NCBI GenBank assembly: GCA_035622315.1
Contig: DASPVP010000084.1
Span: 1-62,226 of the forward strand
Length of the DNA stretch: 62,226 nucleotides
DNA from: Candidatus Acidiferrales bacterium
GTDB lineage: Bacteria; Vulcanimicrobiota; Vulcanimicrobiia; Eremiobacterales; Eremiobacteraceae
Reading direction: 5' to 3'
In this document: in pieces, positions 8,582 through 21,482 of the stretch
Numbering within the stretch: position 1 is the stretch's first letter
How the letters are laid out: each line of letters starts with the position of its first letter
The notes under the pieces: generated by a model
Databases searched by the model: none
Told to the model about the DNA's origin: nothing
What the model saw: the letters and a program-made list of their open reading frames with translations, nothing else
Position numbers and translations under genes: made by a program

Positions 8582-9688
8582 TCACACGCTGGGGGCCGCT
8601 GTCGCGCTTGGATGCGGGCTCGGACTGCCCGCAGGCGTCGGACTGACGACAGGCGACGCAGAGGGAGATGCGCTAGGAACGCTCGCGGGGTGGCGTGCGG
8701 GAGCCGGCGTCGGCGTGGCGCCAAACGCCCCGCGCTGGAATGGGAAGGTGGCCTTGACGCCGCCAAGCGCTTTGAAATCTTCAGTCTGCGTGTTGTAGAG
8801 AAGCTCAGCGGCGTCGAAAGTGCGATCGGGTTTTTCTTCGCCGTGCACGCCACCGGTCATGTCGGCGACATGGGTGGTATCGTTGAGCTTCAGCACAGGC
8901 CCTGTGAGCGTGCGATCTCCTTGCGTCACCTTCACGTGGCCGGTCGCGGTGTAGACGACTTGCGGCCGATTCGCGATGTCCAGCTTGTCGCACCACAAGG
9001 TCAACGGTTCGCTCGAATTGTTGGCCTTGCCATAGTTGAAGCGGTGGACGACGACGTTTCCGACCATGGTGAAAGTCCCGGCCCGGTTGTTCCCAACAGC
9101 GCGATCGGCGCGAAAATCCGAATCGCTCGAGAAACCGGTCAGCGTCGATGGTACGAGCAACGCGCCGGTCAGCGTGTTGTAATGGACCTCGCTCGTGTTG
9201 ACCACGCGGTCGTTCTCTTGGGCGACGACGTGACCGCGGAGCACGCCGTCATGCGTCGTGTCGTTCAGCTGCAGGTAGTCGCTATGCAATTGACGGTCGC
9301 CCTGCACGACGACCACAGATCCCGTCGCCGTATAGATGCTCGGCTGGCCCAGGACGTGCAGCTGTTGGCTCGTCAACGTCATGGGCGGCTGTGGTGGGCC
9401 GTGGCCGGGGACTGCGCGCTGGTGGAGAACGACGTGGCCGACCAGCGTCACGTCGTTGTGCTGGTAGTTCCCAAACGCACGGTCCGCGCGGAAGTCGCCA
9501 TCGCTCGAAACGCCACGCACTTCGCCTGGGATGATGAAGTCGCCGTTGCGATGGAACACGCCCTCGGCGAACGAGACGTTGAACTTTCCGATCCGAGCGT
9601 CCGCGCGCGCCGGCGCCTGCGCCTGCAGCAGCGCCAGGATCGCCAAGATCGCAGCGGCGCATCCTGCCCAGCGCTGGTCGTGGTTCAT
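8582..9688 (-). CDS. secreted protein with two tandem OstA/LptA-like repeats and a Pro/Ser/Ala-rich C-terminal tail
   Basis: Signal peptide AILAILALLQAQAPARA. Internal duplication: SSDGDFRADRAFGN..VTLVGHVVLH vs SSDSDFRADRAVGN..FTMVGNVVVH, and YTATGSVVVVQGDRQL..LQLNDTTH vs YTATGHVKVTQGDRTL..LKLNDTTH. Confidence 0.55.
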   Translation of the reverse strand: MNHDQRWAGCAAAILAILALLQAQAPARADARIGKFNVSFAEGVFHRNGDFIIPGEVRGVSSDGDFRADRAFGNYQHNDVTLVGHVVLHQRAVPGHGPPQPPMTLTSQQLHVLGQPSIYTATGSVVVVQGDRQLHSDYLQLNDTTHDGVLRGHVVAQENDRVVNTSEVHYNTLTGALLVPSTLTGFSSDSDFRADRAVGNNRAGTFTMVGNVVVHRFNYGKANNSSEPLTLWCDKLDIANRPQVVYTATGHVKVTQGDRTLTGPVLKLNDTTHVADMTGGVHGEEKPDRTFDAAELLYNTQTEDFKALGGVKATFPFQRGAFGATPTPAPARHPASVPSASPSASPVVSPTPAGSPSPHPSATAAPSV

Positions 9689-9701
9689 GCGGTATGGAAA
9701 C

Positions 9702-10340
9702 TCATCCAGCGTCGCGTAAAGTTCCCAGCTCCCTTTGGATCGTGGCCGCTGCTATCGCGCCCTCGCGCAGTACGACCGGATCCGTTCTCGTGAAGTCGAC
9801 GACCGTGCTCTCCTTGCCCAACGTCGTTGGGCCTGCCAAGACGACGAGGTCCGCCTGGGGCAGTAGCGGGATGTGCGTCTCGTCGCCGACGAACGCCGGG
9901 GCACCAGATCGGTTCGCGGACGTCGCCGCAAGAGGACCCGCGCCGCGGAGAATCGCTTGACAGAGGTCGTCTTGAGGGCAGCGCAGCGAAATGCTCCCGA
10001 GAGAACATGCTGCGCGTTGGAATCGAGAAGGATTGCGCTCGACGATGATCGCGAGCGGGCCTGGCCAAAACGCAGCCATCGCCTCACGCGCGAGATCGCT
10101 GATATGCACGACGTAAGGCTGCGCTTGGTCGATGCCGGTCACGTGCAGCGCAAGTGGTTTTTCCAAACTCCGCGCTTTGGCCGCGAAAATCGCAGCGACC
10201 GCCGCATCGTTGTCAGGATCGCAACCGATGCCATAGACGGTCTCGGTCGGAAAGATGACCGTTCCGCCGGCGCGCAAGCAAGCTGCGACATCCGCCACAA
10301 TTTCCTCGGTGGACCGCTGCGTTGGACGGAGAATCCGCAT
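9702..10340 (-). CDS. tsaC: L-threonylcarbamoyladenylate synthase (YrdC/TsaC domain only)
   Basis: GGTVIFPTETVYGIGCD and AIFAAKARSLEKPLALHV motifs. Track start 10415 trimmed to ATG 10340 (MRILRPT). Confidence 0.8.
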   Translation of the reverse strand: MRILRPTQRSTEEIVADVAACLRAGGTVIFPTETVYGIGCDPDNDAAVAAIFAAKARSLEKPLALHVTGIDQAQPYVVHISDLAREAMAAFWPGPLAIIVERNPSRFQRAACSLGSISLRCPQDDLCQAILRGAGPLAATSANRSGAPAFVGDETHIPLLPQADLVVLAGPTTLGKESTVVDFTRTDPVVLREGAIAAATIQRELGTLRDAG

Positions 10341-10394
10341 TTCTACGTTTGTACCTGAAGGACCGGCAATCTCGTCTCGGAAACGTGGCTCACA

Positions 10395-10628
10395 GTGTCG
10401 CGCATACGGCAGCAAGTATTTCTCGTCGGTCTCATGGTGGCCTTTACCGCGCTTTCTTCAGCGATGGCACCCATCGCTATTGGGCAAGGTCTGCGTCATC
10501 GCGCCGATGCGCAGCGTCGTCGCATCGTCGGGAGAACGCGCCGCCGGATCGCAGGCGTGCGCGCATTCGTGCGACGCCGCACGCGCCCCGCGCTCGCATT
10601 TCTCTCGCGCACGCGCAACGTCGCCTAA
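10395..10628 (+). CDS. candidate small ORF (Sec-like signal peptide + Arg-rich tail); may instead be a noncoding transcript
   Basis: GTG 10395 gives MSRIRQQ-VFLVGLMVAFTALSSAMA-PIAIG..., then RRRIVGRTRRRIAGVRAFVRRRTRP. An intrinsic terminator follows. By hand count GC3 is about equal to GC1, so codon periodicity is weak. Confidence 0.22.
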   Translation: MSRIRQQVFLVGLMVAFTALSSAMAPIAIGQGLRHRADAQRRRIVGRTRRRIAGVRAFVRRRTRPALAFLSRTRNVA

Positions 10629-10651
10629 CTCAACCAAGCAAGACGCAGCGA

Positions 10652-10680
10652 CCGACCTTTAGGGTCGGCCTTTTGTTTTT
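10652..10680 (+). terminator. rho-independent terminator (plus-strand orientation)
   Basis: CCGACC-ttta-GGTCGG stem followed by ccTTTTGTTTTT. On the other strand the stem is followed by non-U-rich sequence. Confidence 0.6.
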
Positions 10681-10685
10681 GCGGG

Positions 10686-10730
10686 GCGATTCTCAATCGC
10701 TCCTACACCCGCCGCGCGATTTTCAATCGC
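10686..10730. repeat. two copies of a 15-nt palindrome GCGATT(C/T)TCAATCGC, 30 nt apart
   Basis: gcgattctcaatcgcTCCTAC (10686-) and gcgattttcaatcgcCCTTAC (10716-), just past the stop of the GDE-like gene. Confidence 0.75.
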
Positions 10731-10732
10731 CC

Positions 10733-12985
10733 TTACGTCGTTCGTCGTTTGCGCAAGCGGAGGAGCCGCGCTTCGCCCGCCGCGAGCGTGACTGTGTTCG
10801 TCTCCGTTGCGGGCACGATCGGCGGGTGCAGCGTGTATTCGAAGGTCCCTTCGCGATCCGTGGCGAGGAACACCAAGGTCTCGCGCTCGTCGGCGAGCGC
10901 GACCGCAAACGTGATGTTCGAGGTGATGCTGCGACTCACGTCTTCGTTGAGCACCACGCAATGGCCGCGCGACGCGACCGGGATCGACGAATAGAGCGTG
11001 CGCCGGTAGTAGAAGCACGTCAGCGTCGTCCCCATGGTGGGCAGCTCGCGCACGCCGATCCATTTCCAGTCGCTTGGAAGGTGCGGGTTCACGCGCAGGC
11101 CGTCGGGCGACGGCTCGAGGCCCATCGGTCCTTCGTACGCGAGCCACAGATACGTGGGCGGCATCCAGGGACTCATCGCCATCCCGCGGCTCTTGAACGT
11201 CTCTCCAGACAGCCGCTCGGGGAACATGCCCGGCATGACATTATGGTAGGCCTTGGGGTTTTCCACTTCGCTGATCTTCCAGATGTTGCGCATCGCGGAG
11301 ACCATGCGGCGCGGCGAATACGACTTGCTGCAGTAGGCCACCCATGCCGTGAGGTTTGGCCAGATGCCGCCGAGGAGTTGCACTCCGTGATCGGGGTCGT
11401 ACTCCTGTTGGTTCCGTCCTACCGTACGCACGCCGAAAGGCGTCCAAAACTCGGCCGTGTAGAGCAGCTCGAGGATCGCCCGCTTGCGCTCCTCGCTCGC
11501 GATCGCGAAGAGCACGGGGAAGATCTGGTCGCCAGTGATATCGTGGTGCGGTTCGCCCTCCGGATCGATGTTGAGCAGGTACAGCCCGGTGTCCGCGCTG
11601 ATGAGTCGGCGATTTATAGCGTCTTTCAGTCTGTCGGCCGCGGCTCGATAGCGGTCGGCGGTCTGCGCATCCCCCAAGATGCGCGCCAGCGTCGCAGCCA
11701 AAAGCAAGGCCCGCGCGCACTCGGCATTGATCTCCGTGACAGCCCCCGAGATCTGGCTCTGTGGGATGATGTTGCGCCAACCGGAGATGCCCCAGACGTT
11801 CGCCTCCTGCGAGTGCGCGACCACGAGCCCGTCCTTGGACTGGGAGATGATCCAATCGCACGCGCCACGCACCATCGGCCAGATACGCTCGAGCGCCGCG
11901 CGGTCGTGCGTGACCGAGTAGTGGTGGAACGCGGCGCAGACGATGAGGGGCGTGTCGTCGTTGATGTTGAGATCGTAATCGCTCTTGAAGGGCGGGTCCG
12001 CGCAGGCGACGATATACTCGGTCACCTTGCCGCCCTCTTCGATGCCGTGTTGCGCGATGAGCTCGAACAGACGGCGCGAGAACTCGGGGGTGATGTAGTC
12101 CGAACCGAGGGCGTACCAGGCCGCGTCGCGGACCACGACGATATCCTGGGAGGGGTCGTTCGTGAAGCCGTGACCTGCGGGGTAGCGATGTTGCACGCGC
12201 ACGGTGTTGACCTTCGCCCAGTCGATGGCTCGATTGACCAGTGGGTCGGGCGTGCGCAGATATCCCGTGCGCAGCAGCCGCTCGTAGAAGTCGTCCGTCT
12301 CGGCAAGCGCGGCATCGGCGCGCGGTGCCTCCTCGAACGTCCGAATCGCCGCTGCCTCGCCGCGGTCGCTGATGGCCATCGTGAAGGAGACGCTCGCCGT
12401 GCCGTGCGCCGGTACGCGGGTCGCGTGCGTGCGCGAGAACCCGCGGTCTGAGACGTACGTCGAGACCACGTCGGCGTCACCGCCGAACACGCGCACCTCC
12501 TGCGGCCGGTCGATGGTCGCGCTGATGATCAGCCCGTCTTGCTCGCGATTGCGCACGCGTTTGTTGCGCTGCGCGTGGTCGGGGACCTTATAGGTCCCGG
12601 CCCAGACGAACGCTGGGTAGTGCACGTCGCACATCACGGCAGCCTCGGCCACGTCATCGCCGGCATTGCGGAACTCGACCACCACACGCAGCACGCCGAG
12701 CGGGTCGCACATCGGCACGAAGACGAGCTTGCGTATCTGCAGCGCGCCGCACCCGTACGACGTCGCTTGATAGGCCTGCGCGTGGGTCGTCTCGAGCGGC
12801 GTCGCGCGCTCGCCGTTGACGAAGATCTGGGTCACCCAACGGCCGCAATAGAACTGGTTGTCGCGCGCGCTCCACAGGCCTGCGACGTCGCTCTGCGGCG
12901 TTAGCTTGAGGAAGGCCTCGAGGTTGCCGAAGGACGCTCCGGTGAGGAGCTTGTCGACGGGGTAGCGATACGCGAAGGCGGACAA
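10733..12985 (-). CDS. amylo-alpha-1,6-glucosidase / glycogen-debranching-like glycoside hydrolase
   Basis: 750 aa; the C-terminal half resembles the GDE_C (alpha/alpha)6 family (FWTPFGVRTVGRNQQEYDPD..LGGIWPNLTAWVAY). Called from memory of the family, not from a search. Confidence 0.65.
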   Translation of the reverse strand: MSAFAYRYPVDKLLTGASFGNLEAFLKLTPQSDVAGLWSARDNQFYCGRWVTQIFVNGERATPLETTHAQAYQATSYGCGALQIRKLVFVPMCDPLGVLRVVVEFRNAGDDVAEAAVMCDVHYPAFVWAGTYKVPDHAQRNKRVRNREQDGLIISATIDRPQEVRVFGGDADVVSTYVSDRGFSRTHATRVPAHGTASVSFTMAISDRGEAAAIRTFEEAPRADAALAETDDFYERLLRTGYLRTPDPLVNRAIDWAKVNTVRVQHRYPAGHGFTNDPSQDIVVVRDAAWYALGSDYITPEFSRRLFELIAQHGIEEGGKVTEYIVACADPPFKSDYDLNINDDTPLIVCAAFHHYSVTHDRAALERIWPMVRGACDWIISQSKDGLVVAHSQEANVWGISGWRNIIPQSQISGAVTEINAECARALLLAATLARILGDAQTADRYRAAADRLKDAINRRLISADTGLYLLNIDPEGEPHHDITGDQIFPVLFAIASEERKRAILELLYTAEFWTPFGVRTVGRNQQEYDPDHGVQLLGGIWPNLTAWVAYCSKSYSPRRMVSAMRNIWKISEVENPKAYHNVMPGMFPERLSGETFKSRGMAMSPWMPPTYLWLAYEGPMGLEPSPDGLRVNPHLPSDWKWIGVRELPTMGTTLTCFYYRRTLYSSIPVASRGHCVVLNEDVSRSITSNITFAVALADERETLVFLATDREGTFEYTLHPPIVPATETNTVTLAAGEARLLRLRKRRTT

Positions 12986-12989
12986 AACG

Positions 12990-13976
<987 letters not shown>

Positions 13977-15338
13977 CTATGTCGATTGGATGCGAAACGG
14001 CGTCACGATCTTCGGCAGCTTCATCGTGTCGTCGAAGTCGAGTTTGGGCGTGACCGGCGCGACGCCGCTCGCGCGCACCACCGAGGCGCCGAGCGACGCC
14101 AGCCGCTCTTCGAAGAACTCGTAGCCGCGGTCGATATACTCGAGCCCGCCGATCTCCGTCGTCCCTTCGGCCGCGAGCGCTGCGAGCACGAGCGCACCAC
14201 CCGCGCGGATGTCGGGCGCCTCGACCACGGCGTCTTTGAGCCGTGGCACGCCGCGCACGACGGCGCTTCGACCCGAAACCGTGATCTCCGCCCCCATGCG
14301 TTGCAGTTCGCCCACGTAGACGTAGCGAGCGTCGAAGATTGTCTCTTCCACCGTCGACGTTCCTTGTGCCAAGGTGAGATATGCGACCATGAGCGGCTGC
14401 AGGTCGGTGGGAAAGCCGGGATAGGGTGCGGTCGTCAGATCGATGGCCCGCCAGTGCTCGTGCCCACGCACGCGCACCGACACGCCGGTCGCCGACGGCT
14501 CTGCGCCGGTTTTGGCGAGCGCGGCTTGCAAACTCTGCAGCATATCCGGGTCGAGACCCGTGACGGTGACGTCGCCCGCCGTGATCGCCGCTCCGATTAG
14601 ATACGTCCCAGCGACCAGGCGGTCGGGGATGATCGTGTATTCGCAACCATGCAGCCGGCTCACGCCCTCGACGCGGATCGTTGGGGTCCCCTGCCCCGAA
14701 ACATTGGCGCCCATCGCGTTGAGGAAGTCGGCGACGTCGACCACTTCTGGTTCGAGCGCCGCGTTCTCGATCGTCGTCGTGCCCTTGGCGCGCACGGCCG
14801 CGAGCAAGATGTTCTTCGTCGCGCCGACGCTCGGCTTATCGAGCTTCACGCTCGCCCCGCGGAGCTTCGCCGCCGTGACGACCACTGACCCGTGCTCGAG
14901 ATCGATGTTCGCGCCGAGGCGTTCAAAGCCGGCGAGGTGCATGTCGATGGCGCGTGGTCCGAGGACGCACCCGCCCGGCCTCGGCACTTCTGCTTGTCCG
15001 AAGCGCCCCAAGAGCGCGCCCGTGACATCGAAGGATGCGTTCAAGCGGCTCACGAGCGCATAGGGCGCGATGTGCGAGTTGATCGACGAGGCGTCGATGA
15101 CGAGCGTGCTGTGCGGTTGCTCGCGAACTCGTGCTCCGAGGCTCTCGAGGATCGAGACCATGACGTCGACATCGGTGATGCGGGGCACCCGGTGCAGCAC
15201 GATCTCTCCACCGCACAGGATCGAGGCTGCCATGATAGGCAGCGCGGCGTTCTTCGCACCCGGTGGAGCGATGCTGCCTTCGAGGCGGCGCCCGCCCTCC
15301 ACGATGAGCCTGGTCCGCAGGCCCTCTAACGAATCCAT
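13977..15338 (-). CDS. murA: UDP-N-acetylglucosamine 1-carboxyvinyltransferase
   Basis: LEGSIAPPGAKNAALPIMAASIL and active-site loop RPGGCVLGPRAIDMH; ~30-aa C-terminal extension. Confidence 0.95.
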   Translation of the reverse strand: MDSLEGLRTRLIVEGGRRLEGSIAPPGAKNAALPIMAASILCGGEIVLHRVPRITDVDVMVSILESLGARVREQPHSTLVIDASSINSHIAPYALVSRLNASFDVTGALLGRFGQAEVPRPGGCVLGPRAIDMHLAGFERLGANIDLEHGSVVVTAAKLRGASVKLDKPSVGATKNILLAAVRAKGTTTIENAALEPEVVDVADFLNAMGANVSGQGTPTIRVEGVSRLHGCEYTIIPDRLVAGTYLIGAAITAGDVTVTGLDPDMLQSLQAALAKTGAEPSATGVSVRVRGHEHWRAIDLTTAPYPGFPTDLQPLMVAYLTLAQGTSTVEETIFDARYVYVGELQRMGAEITVSGRSAVVRGVPRLKDAVVEAPDIRAGGALVLAALAAEGTTEIGGLEYIDRGYEFFEERLASLGASVVRASGVAPVTPKLDFDDTMKLPKIVTPFRIQST

Positions 15339-15401
15339 CGATCTCTCTTTAGAATACGGCGGGCATCTGGCCGGCCGCGACGCGCAAAACGGTGTCGGGG
15401 C

Positions 15402-15818
15402 CTAAACCGGACGCGCGATGAGCTCGAGTTTCGCTCGCGCCCACGCGACGGCGGCACGCTCCTCCGCATCGTCGAGCCCGTGCTTCTGCGCGAACGCCTC
15501 CTCGGCCCGCCGAAGGTCCGCCTTTGCGTCTTCGGCGTTCACCTCCGACGGCTGCAGGGCGGTGTCGGTCAAGATGATCGCTCGATCCGCCATGGCCTGC
15601 AAAAACCCCCGATCGACCGCGAAGCGCACCCGATCGCTGGCCGCCGGATCCGAGCTCCCCGCTGTGACAACGCCGGCGCGCAACGTGGTCAGCAGGGGCG
15701 CATGGTTGGCCAAGACGCCGAGGTCGCCCGCCGCACCGGGAGCGATGACGATCTCGACTTCGCCTTCGAAGCGGACGGCGCTTGGGGTTATCAATGAGAG
15801 CCGGAAGCGAGGGGGCAT
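15402..15818 (-). CDS. atpC: F1 ATP synthase epsilon subunit
   Basis: 138 aa; ITPSAVRFEGEVEIVIAPGAAGDLGVLANHAPLLT; last gene of the atp operon. Confidence 0.9.
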   Translation of the reverse strand: MPPRFRLSLITPSAVRFEGEVEIVIAPGAAGDLGVLANHAPLLTTLRAGVVTAGSSDPAASDRVRFAVDRGFLQAMADRAIILTDTALQPSEVNAEDAKADLRRAEEAFAQKHGLDDAEERAAVAWARAKLELIARPV

Positions 15819-15821
15819 CTG

Positions 15822-18125
<2,304 letters not shown>

Positions 18126-19625
18126 TTAGAAGCGCTTCTTGAACTCTACGATCGCCGCGTCGAGCGCGGTCTTCGTGTCTGCGGACAGTTCTTTGCGGTC
18201 GGCGATCGCCGCCGGGATCTCTGGGTGTGCGGTCTGCAAGAACTCGTAGAATTGGCGATGGAATTGCGAGATGCGCTCGTTCGGCACGTCCGCGAGATAG
18301 TCGTTGACGGCGACGTACAACTGGAGCACCTCTTGCGCGAGCGAGAGCGGTTCGAACTGCGGCTGCTTGAGCGTCTCCGTTATCTTCTCGCCGCGCGAGA
18401 GCTGGGCTTGGGTGGCCTTGTCCAGGTCGGACGAGAGTTTCGAGAAGGCGGCGAGATCGCGGTACTGTGAGAGCTCCAAGCGCAACTGACCGGCGACGGA
18501 TTTCATCGCCTTCGTCTGTGCGGCACCGCCGACGCGCGAGACGGAGAGCCCGACGTCGATGGCCGGCCTGATGCCGCTGTAGAAGAGTCCCGTCTCGAGA
18601 TAGATCTGCCCGTCGGTGATCGAGATGAGATTCGTCGGGATATACGCGGAGACGTCGCCTTGCTGCGTCTCGATGACGGGCAAGGCGGTCATCGAGCCCG
18701 CGCCGAGCTCGTCTGAGAGTTTCGCGGCGCGCTCGAGCAGGCGCGAGTGCAAGTAGAAGATGTCGCCAGGGTAGGCTTCGCGCCCCGGTGGGCGACGCAA
18801 GATGAGGGAGATCTCGCGGTAGGCCTGCGCATGCTTGGAGAGATCGTCGTAGATGATGAGCACGTCGCGGCCCGCGTACATGAGCTCTTGGCCCATGGCG
18901 CAACCGGCATACGGGGCGATGTAGCGCAGGCTCGCGGGATCCGATGAATTGGCGGCCACGATCGTCGTGTAATCCATCGCGCCTGCATCGGTGAGGATCT
19001 TGTAGGTCTGCGCGACGGTCGACGTCTTCTGCCCGATCGCCACGTAGATGCAGACGACGTTCTTACCCTTTTGGTTGATGATGGCGTCGAGCGCGATCGC
19101 GGTCTTGCCGGTCTGGCGGTCGCCGATGATGAGCTCGCGTTGGCCCTTGCCGATGGGGACGAGACCGTCGATCGCCTTGATCCCGGTCTGCAGCGGCTGG
19201 CTCACGGGCTGGCGCTGGACGACGGTCGGCGCTTGGGTTTCGATGGGGCGGGTGCGGGTCGTGTTCACCGGTCCCTTGTCGTCGAGCGGCTGGCCGAGCG
19301 GATTGATGACGCGACCGATGACCGCGTCGCCGACCGGCACGGAGACGATCCGGCCGGTGCGCCGCACCGTATCGCCCTCTTTGATCTGATCGTCCGGTCC
19401 CATGATGACGACGCCGACGTTGTCCTCTTCGAGGTTGAAGGCCATGCCCAAGAGACCGTTGGGGAACTGCACGAGTTCCATCATCTTCACTGCGGACAGC
19501 CCGTAGACGCGCGCGATGGAGTCGCCCACCTCGATGACCGTGCCGACCTCGTCTTGCTTCGTCTCGATACGCGCGTTCGCGATCTGCGTCTTCAGGATTC
19601 CAGCGATTTCATCTGCGTTCAACAT
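18126..19625 (-). CDS. atpA: F1 ATP synthase alpha subunit
   Basis: [19 protein letters not shown]-loop, 499 aa. Confidence 0.97.
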   Translation of the reverse strand: MLNADEIAGILKTQIANARIETKQDEVGTVIEVGDSIARVYGLSAVKMMELVQFPNGLLGMAFNLEEDNVGVVIMGPDDQIKEGDTVRRTGRIVSVPVGDAVIGRVINPLGQPLDDKGPVNTTRTRPIETQAPTVVQRQPVSQPLQTGIKAIDGLVPIGKGQRELIIGDRQTGKTAIALDAIINQKGKNVVCIYVAIGQKTSTVAQTYKILTDAGAMDYTTIVAANSSDPASLRYIAPYAGCAMGQELMYAGRDVLIIYDDLSKHAQAYREISLILRRPPGREAYPGDIFYLHSRLLERAAKLSDELGAGSMTALPVIETQQGDVSAYIPTNLISITDGQIYLETGLFYSGIRPAIDVGLSVSRVGGAAQTKAMKSVAGQLRLELSQYRDLAAFSKLSSDLDKATQAQLSRGEKITETLKQPQFEPLSLAQEVLQLYVAVNDYLADVPNERISQFHRQFYEFLQTAHPEIPAAIADRKELSADTKTALDAAIVEFKKRF

Positions 19626-19658
19626 GCGGCGTCTTTCTTTCTCACGGTTCGGTGGCGA

Positions 19659-20249
19659 TCAGGCGTCGGTCGCTTTGCCGTTTGTCGTCGGCGCGGCCGT
19701 CCAGTGTTCGGCGCTCTCCAAGAGATGGCGGCGCAGCTCTTCAAGCCGGCCTGAGACGCTCGCGTCCACGTAGCGGTCACCGACTTGCACGACGAGGCCG
19801 CCCAAGAGTTCGGGCGAGACCTTCGTCTGGGGGATGATCGTCGCATCGTAGACCGCCGAAAGCCGCTGCGACAGCTCGTCGAGTTGCTGCCTTTCGAGGG
19901 CTATCGGCGTGCTGATCGCGGCCACTTTGCGACCGGCTTTGCGATCCATCAGGTCGTGCATCTGGCGCGCCACGATGGTGACGATGTTCTCGCGTCGCTT
20001 GCGCACGAGCAGGATCAAGAAGTTCAGGGTGAGCTCGCTCGCGCGGCCGTCGAGCGCCGACGTGAGGAGCTTGATCTTCTCCTCGCGGTCGACGACCGGC
20101 GACATGAAGAACGCATCGATCTCGGGATCGCGGGCGAGGAGTGCGGCGAAACCGTCCAGCTCCTTCGTCGCGGTCTCGATCTCACCGCGCTCGTTTGCGA
20201 GGCTGAAGAGCGCTTCGGAGTACCGCTGGGCGATGCTGTCTTTAAGCAC
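19659..20249 (-). CDS. atpH: F1 ATP synthase delta (OSCP) subunit
   Basis: Track ORF extends to 20555 through atpF in another frame. Trimmed to GTG 20249 (VLKDSIAQRYSEALFSLA), an 8-nt overlap with the atpF stop. Confidence 0.85.
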   Translation of the reverse strand: MLKDSIAQRYSEALFSLANERGEIETATKELDGFAALLARDPEIDAFFMSPVVDREEKIKLLTSALDGRASELTLNFLILLVRKRRENIVTIVARQMHDLMDRKAGRKVAAISTPIALERQQLDELSQRLSAVYDATIIPQTKVSPELLGGLVVQVGDRYVDASVSGRLEELRRHLLESAEHWTAAPTTNGKATDA

Positions 20250-20739
20250 GCCCGCGCTCCAGGCGGTGGATGACCCGTTCCACGAGCGATTCCTGTTTGG
20301 GCCGATCGATCTCGCTGCGCGCGAGCTCTTGCGCTTTTGCGTGGGCGCTTTCGACCGTCTCTTCGAACAGCTGACGCCGCACTCGGTAGCGTTCGCGCTC
20401 GAGTTCGCCGGTCGCGTGGGCGACGATGCGATCCGCGTGTTCTCGCGCCGCCGCGATCTCCGCCTCGACGAGCCTGGCGGCTTGGGCATCGCCAACCTCG
20501 ACCATGCGTCGCGCATCGATAGCCGCCTGATCGACCCCGGCGCGCGCCGCCGCAACAGCCACGTCGCTGCTGTCGCGGTATGCGATCGCGTCGGCCACGA
20601 TCCTATTCTGCATCTGCTGGTACGAGACGAGCGCCGGCTTGCCGTAGCGATCGAACAGCCAGACGATGGCCACGAGGAAGATGATGAAGTCGATCAGCTT
20701 CGTGATGAAGACGATGTCGTTGAAGTGTGCGATGAACAT
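20242..20739 (-). CDS. atpF: F0 ATP synthase subunit b
   Basis: 165 aa; one N-terminal TM (LIDFIIFLVAIVWLF), then a long Ala/Glu/Arg helix. Confidence 0.85.
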   Translation of the reverse strand: MFIAHFNDIVFITKLIDFIIFLVAIVWLFDRYGKPALVSYQQMQNRIVADAIAYRDSSDVAVAAARAGVDQAAIDARRMVEVGDAQAARLVEAEIAAAREHADRIVAHATGELERERYRVRRQLFEETVESAHAKAQELARSEIDRPKQESLVERVIHRLERGRA

Positions 20740-20741
20740 CG

Positions 20742-21170
20742 TCAGCCTACCGCCTGCGTCGCGCGCTCGACCATCGAGCGAGCCAGCTCGCCGACGAACT
20801 GTTGCTGGCGCTCGAGGGCGGCGGCCCGCTCGCTCGCGACCGTGGCCTGGGCCAACGCGACATGAGCGTTCGCCTCTTCCGTCGCCTTGCGTTCGATCGC
20901 GTGGGTCTCGTCGGACGCGCGGGTAGCTGCAACGCGCATGGATTCCTCCGTGCGCTTGCGGGCCTGCGCGAGGATCCGATCGGCGTCGCCTTGCACCGCC
21001 TTCGCCTCTGCCGTCAGTTCGTCGCCTTCGCGGTAGAGGTTGGCGACGTATCGGCGCCGCTCTTCGATGGCACGTCTCGTCGGTCCGATGAACAACCAGT
21101 TCAGCAGCAGATAGAACAAGATGAAGTTCAGTATCTGGACGAGGAACGTGCCGTCGATCGAAAGCAGCAT
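20742..21170 (-). CDS. F0 ATP synthase subunit b' (second b paralogue)
   Basis: 142 aa; LVQILNFILFYLLLNWLFIGP TM plus a charged helix; directly upstream of atpF. Confidence 0.8.
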   Translation of the reverse strand: MLLSIDGTFLVQILNFILFYLLLNWLFIGPTRRAIEERRRYVANLYREGDELTAEAKAVQGDADRILAQARKRTEESMRVAATRASDETHAIERKATEEANAHVALAQATVASERAAALERQQQFVGELARSMVERATQAVG

Positions 21171-21176
21171 GCGCCG

Positions 21177-21461
21177 TCAGTGTCCGAGGATAGGTGCCAG
21201 CGCCTTCATCACGCCGAGCCCGCCGCCGCCGATGAGCAAGAAGAAGGCGAGCGCGATCGCGATGATCGGGAAGGCTTCCAGAATGCCGAACCCGAGGAAG
21301 TAGAAGAAAAAGATGTTCGGCCGGGCTTCGGGCTGGCGAGCGATCGACTCCACCGCCTTGCTGCCGATGATGCCGTCGCCGATCGCGGAGCCGAACGCGG
21401 CGAAGCCGACCATCAGCGAAAAGCCGATGATCACCGCCGCCGTGAGGATTGCATTTTCCAC
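21177..21461 (-). CDS. atpE: F0 ATP synthase subunit c
   Basis: GSAIGDGIIGSKAVESIARQPEA loop and ion-binding GILEAFPII; 94 aa with a ~13-aa C-terminal extension. Confidence 0.9.
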   Translation of the reverse strand: MENAILTAAVIIGFSLMVGFAAFGSAIGDGIIGSKAVESIARQPEARPNIFFFYFLGFGILEAFPIIAIALAFFLLIGGGGLGVMKALAPILGH

Positions 21462-21482
21462 GAGTCTATACTCCCTTGCGTG

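Noticed and set aside
10686-10730. CRISPR-like or mobile-element repeat.
   Set aside because: There are only two copies of a 15-nt palindrome, no spacer-repeat periodicity beyond that, and no cas, transposase or integrase genes anywhere in the window.
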